A stretch of 64,000 nucleotides of DNA from Yuukianura sp. NJ FZ-2021. Lineage: Eukaryota. The notes beneath the pieces are model-generated. The model was not told where the DNA came from. It worked only from the letters and a program-made list of their open reading frames with translations, and searched no databases. Both the position numbers and the translations under genes were made by a program. The stretch is taken from contig CM102285.1 in NCBI GenBank assembly GCA_046563655.1, positions 14,570,001 through 14,634,000 of the forward strand, written 5' to 3'. Position 1 is the stretch's first letter; each line of letters starts with the position of its first letter. Shown here one piece after another: positions 1-12,001 of the stretch.

Positions 1-1398
1 GAAAAAACCAAGGTCGGTAAACAAAGAAATACTTTTTAACTCCAGATTTTTTGAAAATTTGAGTTATTGCCTAACCTGTTAAAGGAAGTTCAATTTGGTT
101 GTCGAGGAACCTTGGGGAAAAAATAATTTTGAAAAATAAAATGAAAAAAGATTTCAGTTTCTACGTGTCCTTTGGACATCTCTGTACAAAAAAAAATGGT
201 TGCCACTTTTTTTCTGCTTTTAACAAGAAATAGTTGTGACCAATTTTTTTAACTTTCTCTGTAGAAAGTAAAAGCAAAATGTGTGACTTTTTGATTATCT
301 TTGTAGAAAAAGTGTTTCCAGTAATAACTTCTTTTTTGTTAGTTTTTGGGCAAACAAAAGCAGTTGTGACCTTGTTTTTCCTGTGACTGTTTGAAAATAG
401 TTTTGTTAGTGTTGTAGTAAATAGTAGATGATGACTACTGAAGATAGAAGAGACATGATGGGAACATTGGAATTGGATTTTGTGTTTTGTTGGCTAAGGA
501 GAAAGTGACGGAATTAATAATGCTTTCTCCTCGGAAAGGAAGTCCATGAAAATCGATAAGATCCAACACGGAGTTGGGAATGGGGGTCCTTAGGACACAT
601 CTTACCAAGGTCCCCCTACTCACTGTGACAGTTGACTATCATACACATGCACTATAGTAACCTAATCTCTCTTGTCATCAGCATTCAACCTCATTCTAGT
701 TACTTCGACACACAAAGTCAAAAGAAAGTCATATAACGGATGTTGCCGGTACAATCTGACAATATCCAGTCTACTTCAACCTTTGTTATTATGATAAAGT
801 AGCTACGCTTCAGCCTTACGGCGGTTACACACACATAGTTACATAACTTCAACCTTGCTGGTTACATTCTTACTCGGGGAGTTGATTGTTGAACTATTTT
901 TATGTGGATGGTTACAATGGTTGTTGTTCAACCTTACTTCAACCAGGGCAATCAAAAGTTTTCACTCGACGTGATCTCGGCTTGAGTTCCTGTTCGCTTT
1001 TACTTTTTTTTTGAAAACAAAAAATACTTTTTTGAACAACTTTTGTTTAATTTTGAAAAGTGATATGGATGCTCATTCGGAAATTAGTGGAAGCGCTTGG
1101 AGCAGGAGAAAGTTTTTCTCTCTTTTTTCTCGTTCCAATTTTCAATCACAAAAACATGACTTACGTCTCCGCTTTTGTGCTTTCCGCTTCTTTTTTTTAG
1201 TTAAATGAAGTTTTTAGTTCATTTATTTCTCCACTTCTGCATCTCAAATAAATTAAAAGATAATCAAAGAAGATACTTTTAAAAATTGAAAAAGAGAAAG
1301 TAGAATAGGAAATGGTAATAAATTAAGAAAAGGAATAAATTAAAGTGTGTCTAGGCAGAAATGGACTGCTTCTGCGTGGTGAAACTCTTCTGACGAAT

Positions 1399-3533
1399 TT
1401 AGTTGTTCTGAGGGACGGGGAGGGAAAGAACGTGTTGGGTTGAAATGATTTCGGCCACATCAGGGGCCCACCATGGCTCCCACGGAGAGCAGCGGCATTC
1501 ACAGGCCTTCGTATGTGGGTTGCAAGTCCCACCGGAGTAGGAGTGATGTGGATTCTTCTTGCAATGGGCGTTACACGCATCCTTCGACCCCGAACAGCAG
1601 AGTTCACCGAAGTGAACTTCCTGGAAGAAAAGAATGAGATTTTACTTTCCTGCACACCGACATGCCAGCACACCGTTGTTCCAGCACACCCGTATGCTGA
1701 AACACCAAAACTTTGGCACACCGAGATTTCAGAATGCCAAAGTTTTAGCACACCGGCATTCCAGCACACCAAAGTTTTGGCACACCGGCATTCCAGCACA
1801 CCAAAATTTTGGCACATGGAGATTCCAGCACACCACCAATTTGGCACGACGAGATTCCAGCACACCGAAACTTGGCACACCAGCACACCAAGAATTTTTT
1901 TTGGCTTACCGGTACTGGGCATGAGCAAGTACAGCAACCGCCGGAGGTCAAAGCTCCGCCCACTTTGCCATTCTTTTTGCAAACGGCCTTGCATTCTGTA
2001 ACTTTGTCATCTTCATGATGTGGTGGTTTTCCGCAACCTTCTGGTTTCCCCTCCGTGGCATGGTGGGGTGGTGGTGGCTGTTCGTGGTGGGGCGGTGGGG
2101 GTGGTGGCTTCTCATGGTGGGGCGGTGGGCGTGGTTTGTCGTCTGGTGGGTTTCCAGTGTAGCTGGCGCCACCGGTCAACGTTATTGAGCCTGGAAAGGT
2201 CAAACGAAAAGTGTAAAATTTAGAAAAATTGTGTAGTTGTACTCAACACATCTAAATTCATAATAAAAAATGAACTGGAATTTTGAGTTTCAAAATTTTG
2301 AAAGTATTCAAAAATTTTAAAAGTGACATAGAACTTACCCTGAGCTTGTCCAGAAATGGTCGTGAGGGGTTTAAAAATAGTAGCCACATTGGCAGCGATT
2401 CCTGAGGGGGTAAGCGGCTTAATGAAACTGTAGAAAGCGCTCTCCTCTTCTGCAGCTTCAGCTGTTTCGTCACGTGGTGCACTTGGCGTATCGCTGGAAG
2501 CGTCTTTTTCAGCGTCTTTGATAATATTGGGGTGGAAGATTCCTCCAGTGAGTGTGTTGAACAGATGAGGAGGACTGAGTGGCTGGATTGGCCGAAACAG
2601 AGCACCAATCGTGTGGTGAATTGTCGGAATTCCAAGTGTCGGAGCTTTTTCTTCGGAAGTTTCGGCTTTGGTGGGAGAATTCGGAACGGCTTCGGTTTTT
2701 TTAGCTTCTACGTCTGCGCCGACTTCAAGTTTGAACGGTTCCGCTTTTTCGCCAAAGTTGTTGATCGTTCCTTGTCCGTCGGTACTCAGGCTCACGAAAC
2801 CTTTGAACGGTTTTGTGTCCACGCCTGCGTGACATTCAAAAAATTAAATTTCGAAATTTTATGAAAAAAAAATTTCTATAGTTTTTTAATAGGCTTGAGC
2901 AAATTTTGTTACGGCTTTCTGAAAACGTTGTAAGCAAGTAGCTATCGCAGAATTTTGTAACCGCTTTCCAAAAACGTTGTAAGCGAGTAGCGAGCGTGAA
3001 ATTTTGAAAATTTTGTGTTTTCGCTTACCAGCAATTCCAGCGGCGTATCCAGCCCCACCAGCAGCCACTCCTTTGTCGTTAGCCACCCCACCAGCGACTC
3101 CAGCCGCAACTCCTTTTCCAGCATACCCGAACTCTTCATTTACGAAGTGCCCTTCACCAAAAGCCGAAACTCCGCCAAAATTATCTTCGTTTTCCGAAGG
3201 GACGATGGAGGGGGGACTTATCAAGGGACTCGGAACATCTCCAGCTTCGAGTTCTCCCGCTCTTGTTTTCAAGTCTCCCGCTACAGCAGTGGCTTCCTTT
3301 GCAGCATTTAACTCATTCTGCGCTGGCGCTATTTCTGCAACTTTGGTGGGAACGGCCAAGCACAATCCCACGGTCAGAAGCGAAAACTGCAAAAATGAAA
3401 GGTCAAAACAAAATTTTAATTGAAAGTTTTGTTTTAATTTAAGTTTTGAAATTTTAATTGAAATTTTTAACTTTTATGGAGTACTAAATTAAATTTTCCT
3501 GATAGAACTTACAAGAAAAGAGACGCTCAACAT
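1399..3533 (-). CDS. Secreted modular precursor (~455 aa): signal peptide, acidic spacers, Gly/Ala-rich and amphipathic segments, Pro/His-rich tract, two C-terminal CSalphabeta defensin-like domains
   Basis: Five phase-compatible GT-AG exons: 3533-3513, 3386-3029, 2824-2339, 2190-1910, 1620-1399. N-terminus MLSVSFLFSLLTVGLCLA. C-terminus has CKAVC...GGCCTCSC and CCSGSKDACNAHC...GGTC...CECRC. TATAA (3603-3607) and TCAGT Inr (3573-3577) lie upstream on the minus strand. Confidence 0.8.
1652..1890. repeat. Intronic minisatellite, ~31-bp unit (cagcacaccaaaattttggcacaccggcattc-like)
   Basis: Degenerate tandem copies fill intron 1621-1909 and explain the spurious overlapping ORFs there. Confidence 0.9.
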
Positions 3534-4187
3534 TTTGAATATTTAATTTTTGTTTACAAAAGTTTCAGAGAGACTGAATTGGTTAAGGGCCCCCGGTAGC
3601 CCTTATAAAGGCACACGGAACGTCATCATCAGTTTCAAAAATAAATTCGGTGTTCTACTTTTCCTAATTTTAGGATTTCGGTGATTGAGTTTTCATTTTG
3701 GGGGAAATAACGGAAGTTTTTGGAAAATTTTGAGAAGTAGGAGCCCTTGTCTAATTCCCGTATGTTCTAACTGTTCTTGGAAACAAAAGGAGCATCCCTT
3801 CATATCTTGGAACACAAATTTTCAATTTTTCAATTTTTTTTTTCAAATTTTCAAATTCCAAATTTAATTTGGCGGGAAATGAGGTCAAAAGGTCAACGAC
3901 GCCAACCGTCCGCAGATCTGCAGATTAAATTTTCATGGCAAAGAAAGCAGAAATAAATTTCAGCCAGCGTGGAACTTATGCAGTCCAGAAAAAAATTCCG
4001 GAATTGGTACAAGGTTCAATTAGGAACTTAATTAGTTTGGTCAGTTAATCAATTAAGTCAGTTAGCTTAATTAACTTCCTAGTTAACTTTAAGTCATCTT
4101 TAGTAAACTCTACTTGGTCACTCATTTTCTAAGCATCTTTGAATAAGAATTGACACTTTTTGGCTAAAACTTGCGAAGTTTAGGAAA

Positions 4188-4547
4188 ATGGCTGACGAAG
4201 TTATTTTGAAACGATTTGAAAATCCGGACGAAGTTCGCGCCATGTCCAAGGGGAAGTTCGAGGTCGTCGAGCTCTTTGGGATGACGATTGGTCGTGCGAC
4301 GTACGAACCTGGCTGGAAATGGTCCGTAGACGTAGCGCCTGCGCTGAATCAGCGATTCTGTACCGTGGAGCACCACGGTCTGGTTTTATCCGGATCGGCA
4401 ACGGCAGCATTTACCGATGGATCGGTAATTGAAATGAAGGAGGGTGACCTGTTCTACATTCCGCCGAAACCACACGACTCTTGGGTCGTCGGAGACAAGC
4501 CTTACGTTAGTCTGCATCTGGGCGGAGCCAAGGACTTCGCAAAATAG
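4188..4547 (+). CDS. Intronless cupin-domain protein of bacterial type (119 aa)
   Basis: Single ORF with GRATYEPGWKWS, EHHGLVLSG and GDLFYIPPKPHDSWVVGD (cupin His motifs). No introns, unlike its neighbours. Confidence 0.85.
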   Translation: MADEVILKRFENPDEVRAMSKGKFEVVELFGMTIGRATYEPGWKWSVDVAPALNQRFCTVEHHGLVLSGSATAAFTDGSVIEMKEGDLFYIPPKPHDSWVVGDKPYVSLHLGGAKDFAK

Positions 4548-6175
4548 TAACATCAACGTTTTTGACATAAGTCAACTTTGTTAACTTTAAGTACGGAAAG
4601 CTACATTAAGCATTGACTGTCTGTCTGTCTGCTTCAAAAATAAGACAAAAATGGGAAACAAAAAGTCGGAATTCAGCGCCAGTTTGTTTGTTTATAAAAA
4701 ACGACATGACCTTGAACAAATTCACTTACAAGTTAGGTCTTTACATCAGTCTCAGTCATTTGAGTTTTAATTGACGTATTTTTAATGGACGTGTTAATTT
4801 TCACGCCTCCAAAGAGTCAACAATCAATTGGTAACTTTTTGCGGTCTTTGTTATCAAGTTATGCGGTTACGCAAGAGTAATTCTAAGAATTGGCTTCGAA
4901 GGGGTATGTTGCTTACTATGCTTAAATTTGGAATTCAAGGTCAAATTCAAAGTGAAACATCAGTTGTCAAAAGCATAAAGAAATCTGCAAGCAGTGGACC
5001 ATTTGGTACCGTCAATTTTTCATTCATGTTTGAAATAATTCATCTGTTCATCCACGGTTATCGTTTTTTGTAAACATTTTTTGGTGTGTAGGTAAGTAGC
5101 AGAATATTGTCCGTTCTGCACCACTGGAGTTGGCATTAATCCCCCAGCACAAAGTTTCTATTATTAGCCCAATTGTCTACTTTTTCACTAATCCTCAAGG
5201 GTAGGATGATGACGAACTTTTTAACAAGTCGTGACAATGTAAACAGTATTGGATTTTGAGGTAAGTTTTCTCAGAAGTTGTCAAACTTATTAAACTTCAT
5301 TAATTCAATCGATCTTTTGTTCCTCTCTTTTCAGTTTTTCGATAAACATTGGACAGTCACCACGATTCTACTAGAAGACGTGGACAATCATCGTGAATCT
5401 AAGAAGACCAAGACGTATCGTGAATCCAGAAGACAAACGGACACCACCGTGAATACTCCCAGTTGTGTCCACTCGTCAATCACTAACGACACTCCGTCGT
5501 TGTTCTTTGGATCTCAATTAATAGTCAAGCATTCAGTGACCTTTGCCCGGCCCGTTAATCTATCTTGGACACAATGGCAGACTCCAGGTAACGTTGGCTG
5601 GCATCACCTCTGTCTTTGTCCTACAAGTGACAGCCCATATCCAATGCAAATGCAACTCTGAGAGGGTAGTTTTCCATGGTTTAGCTTTGTCAGTTTATGG
5701 AAATGGCAGAAGGTTGGATACAAGAGGGCCGAAGGACATTGTGGTCAACTAGTTTTTACTTGACCTTGTCCATTGTCAAACAACAACCCAACAATGCATC
5801 CCAGGAAAACAAGAGAGCTTTGACAATGCATCAATTACCAGACAATACTAGTCTGTATAGACCTCCGCCTTACCCCGCCTAGGGATAAATTGCAAGAACA
5901 ATGGAAAGTAACGCGTAATTTCCAATTATGTAAAAATACCATAGAAAGCCTTACCAGTTCCTGTCCAACCTCAGTCGTCGTCTGTTGCTATCCATACCTA
6001 CAAAAAAAACTTGCGGTTGTGGTGTCATAAGAAGAAGAAATCATTTGATTAACTTAACTTTTAGTTCATGAAGAGGAAGAATAGAAACGACAAAAACCAA
6101 TCAAGAAACTTAATTACTCCTTTCAATTACAGTACAAAAACAACTGTCATCAAGGTTTCTCTCGTCATCCTCGTC

Positions 6176-6955
6176 ATGATTGCAGTCGCCATTGTATCGG
6201 TCCTCGTCACCCTGGCCACAGTGTCCAATGGCCATCACGAAGCGGTAAGGTGCTAATTAGTAAATACAACTTGATGTAAGTGTACTTTTTTATGTAATTG
6301 TTAATTGAATTTGTTGATTTAAGGATTTCCCTAGAAAAGCCGTGGCTGTGATTAACACTGGAACTGTTGGAAGTGTCACTGGTTATTTGGAATTGTCGCA
6401 GTCTGACTACGCAGCTCCGGTCATCATCACTGGAGAAATCAGCGGGTTGACACCAAATGCTAAACATGGATTCCATGTCCATGCCCTCGGAGATGTTCGG
6501 AAAGGATGCGGAAGTACTGGTGGACACTTCAATCCACAAAATGTAAGTCCGACCAAGTCAAGGTCACCCTCACCATCAAGGTCAAAGGTCACGTTATGAT
6601 TTAGTTGTTTTTGAAATTTTAGGTGAATCATGGAGCACCTACTGATGGCATTCGCCATGTCGGAGATCTCGGCAACATTGAGTCGGATGCTTCCGGAAAA
6701 GCGATCGTCAACATTGTGGATGCAGTGATTTCTCTGGCTGGTCCGCACAATATTGTCGGTAGAGCCTTCGTTGTGCATGCTGGAACGGACGACCTTGGTA
6801 CAAAACCAGTTTTCAAAATTTCAAAAAAAAAGTTGAATTTTTAATTGATGCTTTAACTTTTTTTTTTAATTTTAGGCCGAGGAGGTTTCGAAGATAGCTT
6901 GAAAACTGGTCACGCTGGAGATCGAATTGGTTGTGGAATCATCGGAACCCTTTAG
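6176..6955 (+). CDS. Sod3: Extracellular-type Cu/Zn superoxide dismutase
   Basis: Exons 6176-6244, 6324-6542, 6623-6797, 6876-6955. Motifs [35 protein letters not shown]. Hydrophobic N-terminus; the true start may be further upstream. Confidence 0.92.
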
Positions 6956-7375
6956 ATTTGAAAAGAAAGCTGCATTTAAACTTAATCGTTTCAATTAATT
7001 AATTAAACTTAAACTATTTTGTCACAAACTTCATGTACAGATTTCACGGAAATTTTGAGTCTAAAACGACATTAAAAAGCGACACTGCTCGTTGATTCCA
7101 AGTTTCTTTACAAAAAATTATTGGAATCCCGAAAACCGAAATAATCTAAAAAAAAAAAAAAAGTTCAAAAACTTTGTTATGGAATTGCTGCAAGCGTAAA
7201 TCACAAGTAAAATTTTGAAACTGGACATCCGTTGACCTCTGTTGGTTTAATTGGCACTTAAGTTAAAGTAATTAGTAATTACAAGATTTAATAGCGACGA
7301 ATAGCAATTAAAAGTTTGAACAAGTTGGCACAGAGGTGTAAGGAAATCTTTTTAGGTCAACTGTCAAGTTCCATC

Positions 7376-9872
7376 ATGAAGGTTTTTCAAATTTGTATAA
7401 TTTTAAGCTTTTATAAGGTAAGGGCAACTTGAAAATATGAAATTTGAAAACCTTGATTTGAAAACTTGGTTTGAACAGTTTCGAGGAAACGACGCTTTCC
7501 CAAATCCAAACTTGGACAATGAGAGTCCAAATTTGAACGTTGAAAAGCGCTCGATGCCGGCGGGGGCACTGGAAGAATATTTGGGTAAGGTTAAACAAAC
7601 TTTTGATCTTTAAAAAATAAAATGTTTTTTGAAAATTTTTCGAAATTTGATTTTTAGAAAACTGTAACAACACTCTGCTCCTGGCAGAACGAAAGTCATT
7701 TAAGTTCATCTCTCCAAATTACGGCAAAGGAGATGAGTATCCAGCAGGAATCAACTGTCAATGGTCGTTCATTGTAAGTTGACCTTTGACCTTTGACCCA
7801 ATGACCTTGATGAATTTCTGTTACCCCAGGGGGGGGGGTCTGTGGTCATTCATAGTAGTAATTTGACCTTTGAACCAATGACCCTGATCTGTTACCCCAA
7901 GGGGACAAAATGGTCATTCATTGTAAGTTGACCTTTGACCTTGATGACCTTCTGTTACCTTAGGGGGACAAAACGTGTACGGCTGAGTTTAGCTGTAAGG
8001 AGCTTGACCTCAACCCCTCCGACGAATGCAGTGAAGACGTCCTTGAAGTTGTGGATGGAATGGGCGGAGCTGAGCGGTATTGTGACAAGGTCATTTTTGA
8101 CCAACCAGTCAAACCCACCCAGGGGACGCGTGACCTCTACGTGACCTTTCGCTCAAGGATGGCCGGTGGTAGTCGTAAGGGGTTCCTTTGTGAAGTAAAG
8201 TGTGCACCCAAAACATGTAAGTTTAGTACTACTAACTCTATGGGTCAATTTGACCTTTGACCTTTGACCTTTTGAGCTTAGCGACCGCTAAAGAGCTGCA
8301 AGTGAACCAGGAGAAGAAGGTGGATGGTCGATGTGGTGAGTCAAAAACTTGACCTTTGAACTTTGACCTTTTTAGTTTTTGACCTTGACCTTTGACCTTT
8401 TTAGTTTGTGGACTGCAAAACGCTGATGACAGGATCGTTGGCGGAGAGGATGCGAAAATGAACGAATTTCCTTGGCAAGTTGCAATCGTCTTCACGGGAA
8501 CTCGGTCGCCCAAATGTGGTGGCAGGTTGGTTTTGATTAGCTTCAAATCTTAATTAATTGTTAAAACTAATTAATTTTTATATAAATTAATTTTAATATA
8601 TTATTTTACAGTATTATCAACAACAATTGGGTGTTGACTGGTGAGATGTTGAAAATAATTTCACTAAACCTGAATAAATTCTAATCTAACTTAAAAAAAT
8701 TTTTAGCTGCTCATTGTTTTCGATTTGAGAAATCGGAGCCGCATGAAATCGAAGTTTTGTACCACGCAAGGTCACTGGACATGACCATGCAGAAGGACTG
8801 GAAAGATGTTGCTCTGGGGTAAGGTCAAGGTTATTCCAAAATTTTACAGTTTTTCCAAATTTTGAAGTTTTTTCAAAATTTTGAAAACAGACAAGCAGGA
8901 TCCATTCGTGGCTCGGGATACAAAGACAGGCAGATGACAGACAAGGAGGAGAAGACGCAGAGATTCAGCGTTGTGGAAATCATCAACCACGCCAAATTCA
9001 CGGCAAAGTGAGACATCCAAATTTTTCAAAATTTTGAAAAATTTTGAATTTTTTTTTTGAAAAATTAGATACGACTATGACGTGGCTTTGCTGAAGCTGG
9101 ATAGGAAGATTGACTTGAGCCACCCCGATGCACCCACCCCTATCTGCCTCCCTGCGGTGGGGTATGAAAAAGATTACGTTGGGGAGAAACCGTGGGTCGT
9201 TGGGTGGGGCCTTCCAGATGAAAAAGCCGGTGGGACCACGCGCAGTCTCCAGAAACTGGCAGTTCCAATACTACAGACTTCCAAGTGCCAGAAGTGGAGC
9301 TCACATGAGTTGACACAGCGCATGCTCTGTGCAGGGTGAGATACAGCATTTCTGTTCAAAATTCCGAATTCAAAGGTTAATTCAAAACTAAATTAAAATT
9401 TTGAATTTTCACTCTTTTTCGAATTTCACAAGGTATGAAGAGGGAGGCAAAGATGCTTGCACTGTAAGCGAACTTTTTTTTATTTGTATAAATTCTACTT
9501 ATTTAATTTTTGAAACTTTTCGGAATTTGTTTAGGGGGACTCAGGAGGTGAGAAGAATTTAAACTTTATTTTTAAAACTTTTTGATCATTTTTTGAAAAT
9601 TTTGACTTTGTGGTTCAGGGCCGTTGTCTCTGAAGAGACCGAATAATCAGTGGGAGCAAGTTGGAATTGTTTCATGGGGAGAAGGATGTGCACGGAAGCA
9701 AAAACCCGGGATGTATTCTAGGGTCACCGGTTAGAAAAATTTTGAAAATTAAAATTTCGAAAATTTTGAAATTTTGAAAAAGAAAATGAAAAAAAATTTT
9801 TTTTCAGAGTTTCTTCAGTGGATTAACAGAAACACGGCTGGTGCAACTTGGTGCAAGGCTACTAAAGGCTAA
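7376..9872 (+). CDS. CUB-domain trypsin-like serine protease (zymogen)
   Basis: Signal peptide [15 protein letters not shown] domain (SPNY...YP...NCQWSF), activation site R-IVGG, triad TAAHC / DVALLKL / GDSGGPL, and DAC (Asp189-type S1 pocket). Many short exons; stop at 9870-9872. Confidence 0.9.
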
Positions 9873-10421
9873 AAACAATTTCCATACACAGTTTCACTCT
9901 TAAAATTAATAAATTATTAATATAAATAAATTTTTATAATGTAAACAAAAAATATTTATGACAAGAGTCAGAAATTATTCTCAGCTTTACATTTGAATTT
10001 AAAAGTAACTTCTAACAACATTTACTAGTATTTCATGACGCTAAACTGCGACTAAATTCTGAATACATTTCGAAAACAAGTGTAAAATCAAAATTCTGAG
10101 AAATTTTGGACAGTGGAACGAGGTTTTCATAAATTAGTTTTACAAAAAATTGGACAGATTTTGCGAATAATTCGAAAATGCAGTACATCCTACGTAAAAT
10201 TTGAAAATTTGGAATTTAGCAAACCAAATTGTTTTTTTTGGAACCGAACATATCCATATCCACACCATAAATTTTTACTTTTTACACGTTCCATATCATG
10301 TTTAAAAAGTGGTATAAATATCTGTTTTCAAAATTCCGAACTTTTGGAATTCAACTACGTTGTCAAAATTTAAATCAAACCATAAAAATACTTTCTGGTA
10401 GAAAAACTTTTGTTCTCAACC

Positions 10422-11234
10422 ATGCTGCGAATGCAACATGTTGTGGCGGTGATCATGCTAACTCAGGCTGTCTTTGGACGTAAGATTAAAGAAATTTAAA
10501 AACAAAGACAACTATTGCTAAGAAATTGTGTATTTTGAAGAGGTTCAGATTGCTGACTTTAATCCAAACGAAGGTGATCTCGATGTTGGGAGTCCTGACT
10601 ATAATCCAAGTGAAGATTACCTCGAACCTGACACTCCTGACAATTTAAATGTAGGTGACCCCGTTGCTGCGATTCCTGAAGCGGAAGTCAACGGTCGGAG
10701 TGTGTACGGGTACGTAAAATTTATATCAGCACTATTCATTATTAAGTAGCGAAAGCTACTTAATGGTTAGTCTGTCTGTTAGCCTTGTCTGTCTGTCCGC
10801 CCTTCCTTCCGTTTGTATGTCCGTCTTTTCTCCTGTTTGGTCCTTTCTCCTGTCTGTCCGTTTGTCTGTCTGTCTGTCCTTCCGCCTGTCTGTCTGTTTG
10901 TCTGTCGGTCCGTCTTCTATCTGCCAGGTACGAACTACTATTATGCTATATTGTGTAAAAATTTTATTATTTCACCTTTTTAGGTTTGGGGGATATCGAC
11001 GCCCGTACTTTCCCTGGGTTAGATTAATCTATTATAATTTTAGTTAAACTTATTTAAACTAATGTATTTTCTAAAACTGATTTTCAGTGCGGACAATTTT
11101 ATGGTTCAGTTGGTGGATTTCGGTGTCCAGACGAAAGTGCATGCAGGAGAAGATGTTGTCTCAGAGGACTATCAGGCGGAAGATGTGTTGGACGGTTTGG
11201 GTCGAGGTGTAGATGTGATTATTGGTTCTGGTGA
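10422..11234 (+). CDS. Defensin-like peptide 1 (signal, acidic propeptide, one 8-Cys CSalphabeta domain)
   Basis: Four exons; last exon CGQFYGSVGGFRCPDESACRRRCCLRGLSGGRCVGRFGSRCRCDYWFW*. TATAAA at 10313. Confidence 0.85.
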
Positions 11235-11313
11235 ACTTTATGAAACAATGTTCTCCAAAGTGCAAATTATGAAAATAAAGCTGTCCTGTTTTTCGAAATT
11301 TTCAACACTTACT

Positions 11314-11575
11314 TTAAGGTCAAAAGGTCAAGTGATTTGTTCTAAAGAAACAGAAGCGGAAACATCGCTGCAAGGAATTTCTGTTTTGGTCTCAGAAATT
11401 GCAATTCCAGCCATCCTAATGTTTTTCCCATTTGGGTTTTTTTTTCGAGCCACGGGTCCTATTCCGTTTTGAAAACTTTTTCAAAATTTCAAAACCAAAA
11501 GTTTTTTTTTCTTGAAAACTTTGAATATGACTTTGTGCAACTTTTTGCTCACCGGCAAGGAAGTACTGAACAAAA
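11314..11575 (-). pseudogene. Degenerate copy of the last two exons of CAP gene A
   Basis: Shares caagtgatttg, ccagcca and caccggca(a/g)ggaagtactga with 14532-14780 (the VAQYFPAG exon and the terminal exon). Confidence 0.7.
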
Positions 11576-12001
11576 GATTATCAAAACTGAAACTTTTGAT
11601 GAAACTTTGACATTTCAATTCTTGCAAATTGAAATTCTGAGAATTCACGACTTTTCAAAAACAAATTTTTACAATTTTCAAAACAGGCATAAAATTCTCG
11701 GAAGTTTTTGATACGTAGTTTCCATAATTAATTTTTACAAAGAGATTCCACAGATTTTGCGAATAATTTGAAACGTTATTACTATACCTAAAACTTGAAA
11801 ATTTGCAATTTTAGCAAACAAAATTACTTGTTGAAACCAGCATGTTAAATATCCACAGTCTAAATTTTACACATTTCAAATCATTCTATATGAATATGAA
11901 AAAAATTCTATAAATACTATGTGTTTCCAAAATTCCAAAACTTCATTTACGGTATCATTTCAAACTCTTTTCTGCAAGAAAAACTTTTGTTCTGATAAAA
12001 A

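Noticed and set aside
60..660. Possible small minus-strand exons (~76-110, ~166-182, ~607-623)
   Set aside because: Splice-like signals are present but I could not build a coherent or recognisable ORF; may belong to a gene extending outside the window.
1652..1890. Possible CRISPR-like array
   Set aside because: Head-to-tail repeats without unique spacers, inside a eukaryotic intron, with no cas genes.
1323..2018. Several long overlapping ORFs (223, 162 and 96 aa)
   Set aside because: They run through the 31-bp intronic minisatellite or are off-frame or antisense to the real exons.
3690..3880. NF-kB-like sites upstream of the modular precursor
   Set aside because: Only partial GGGAAA matches, which are expected by chance in this base composition.
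5090..5882. 127-aa ORF and splice-like sites upstream of SOD
   Set aside because: No supported start or homology; more likely UTR or non-coding sequence.
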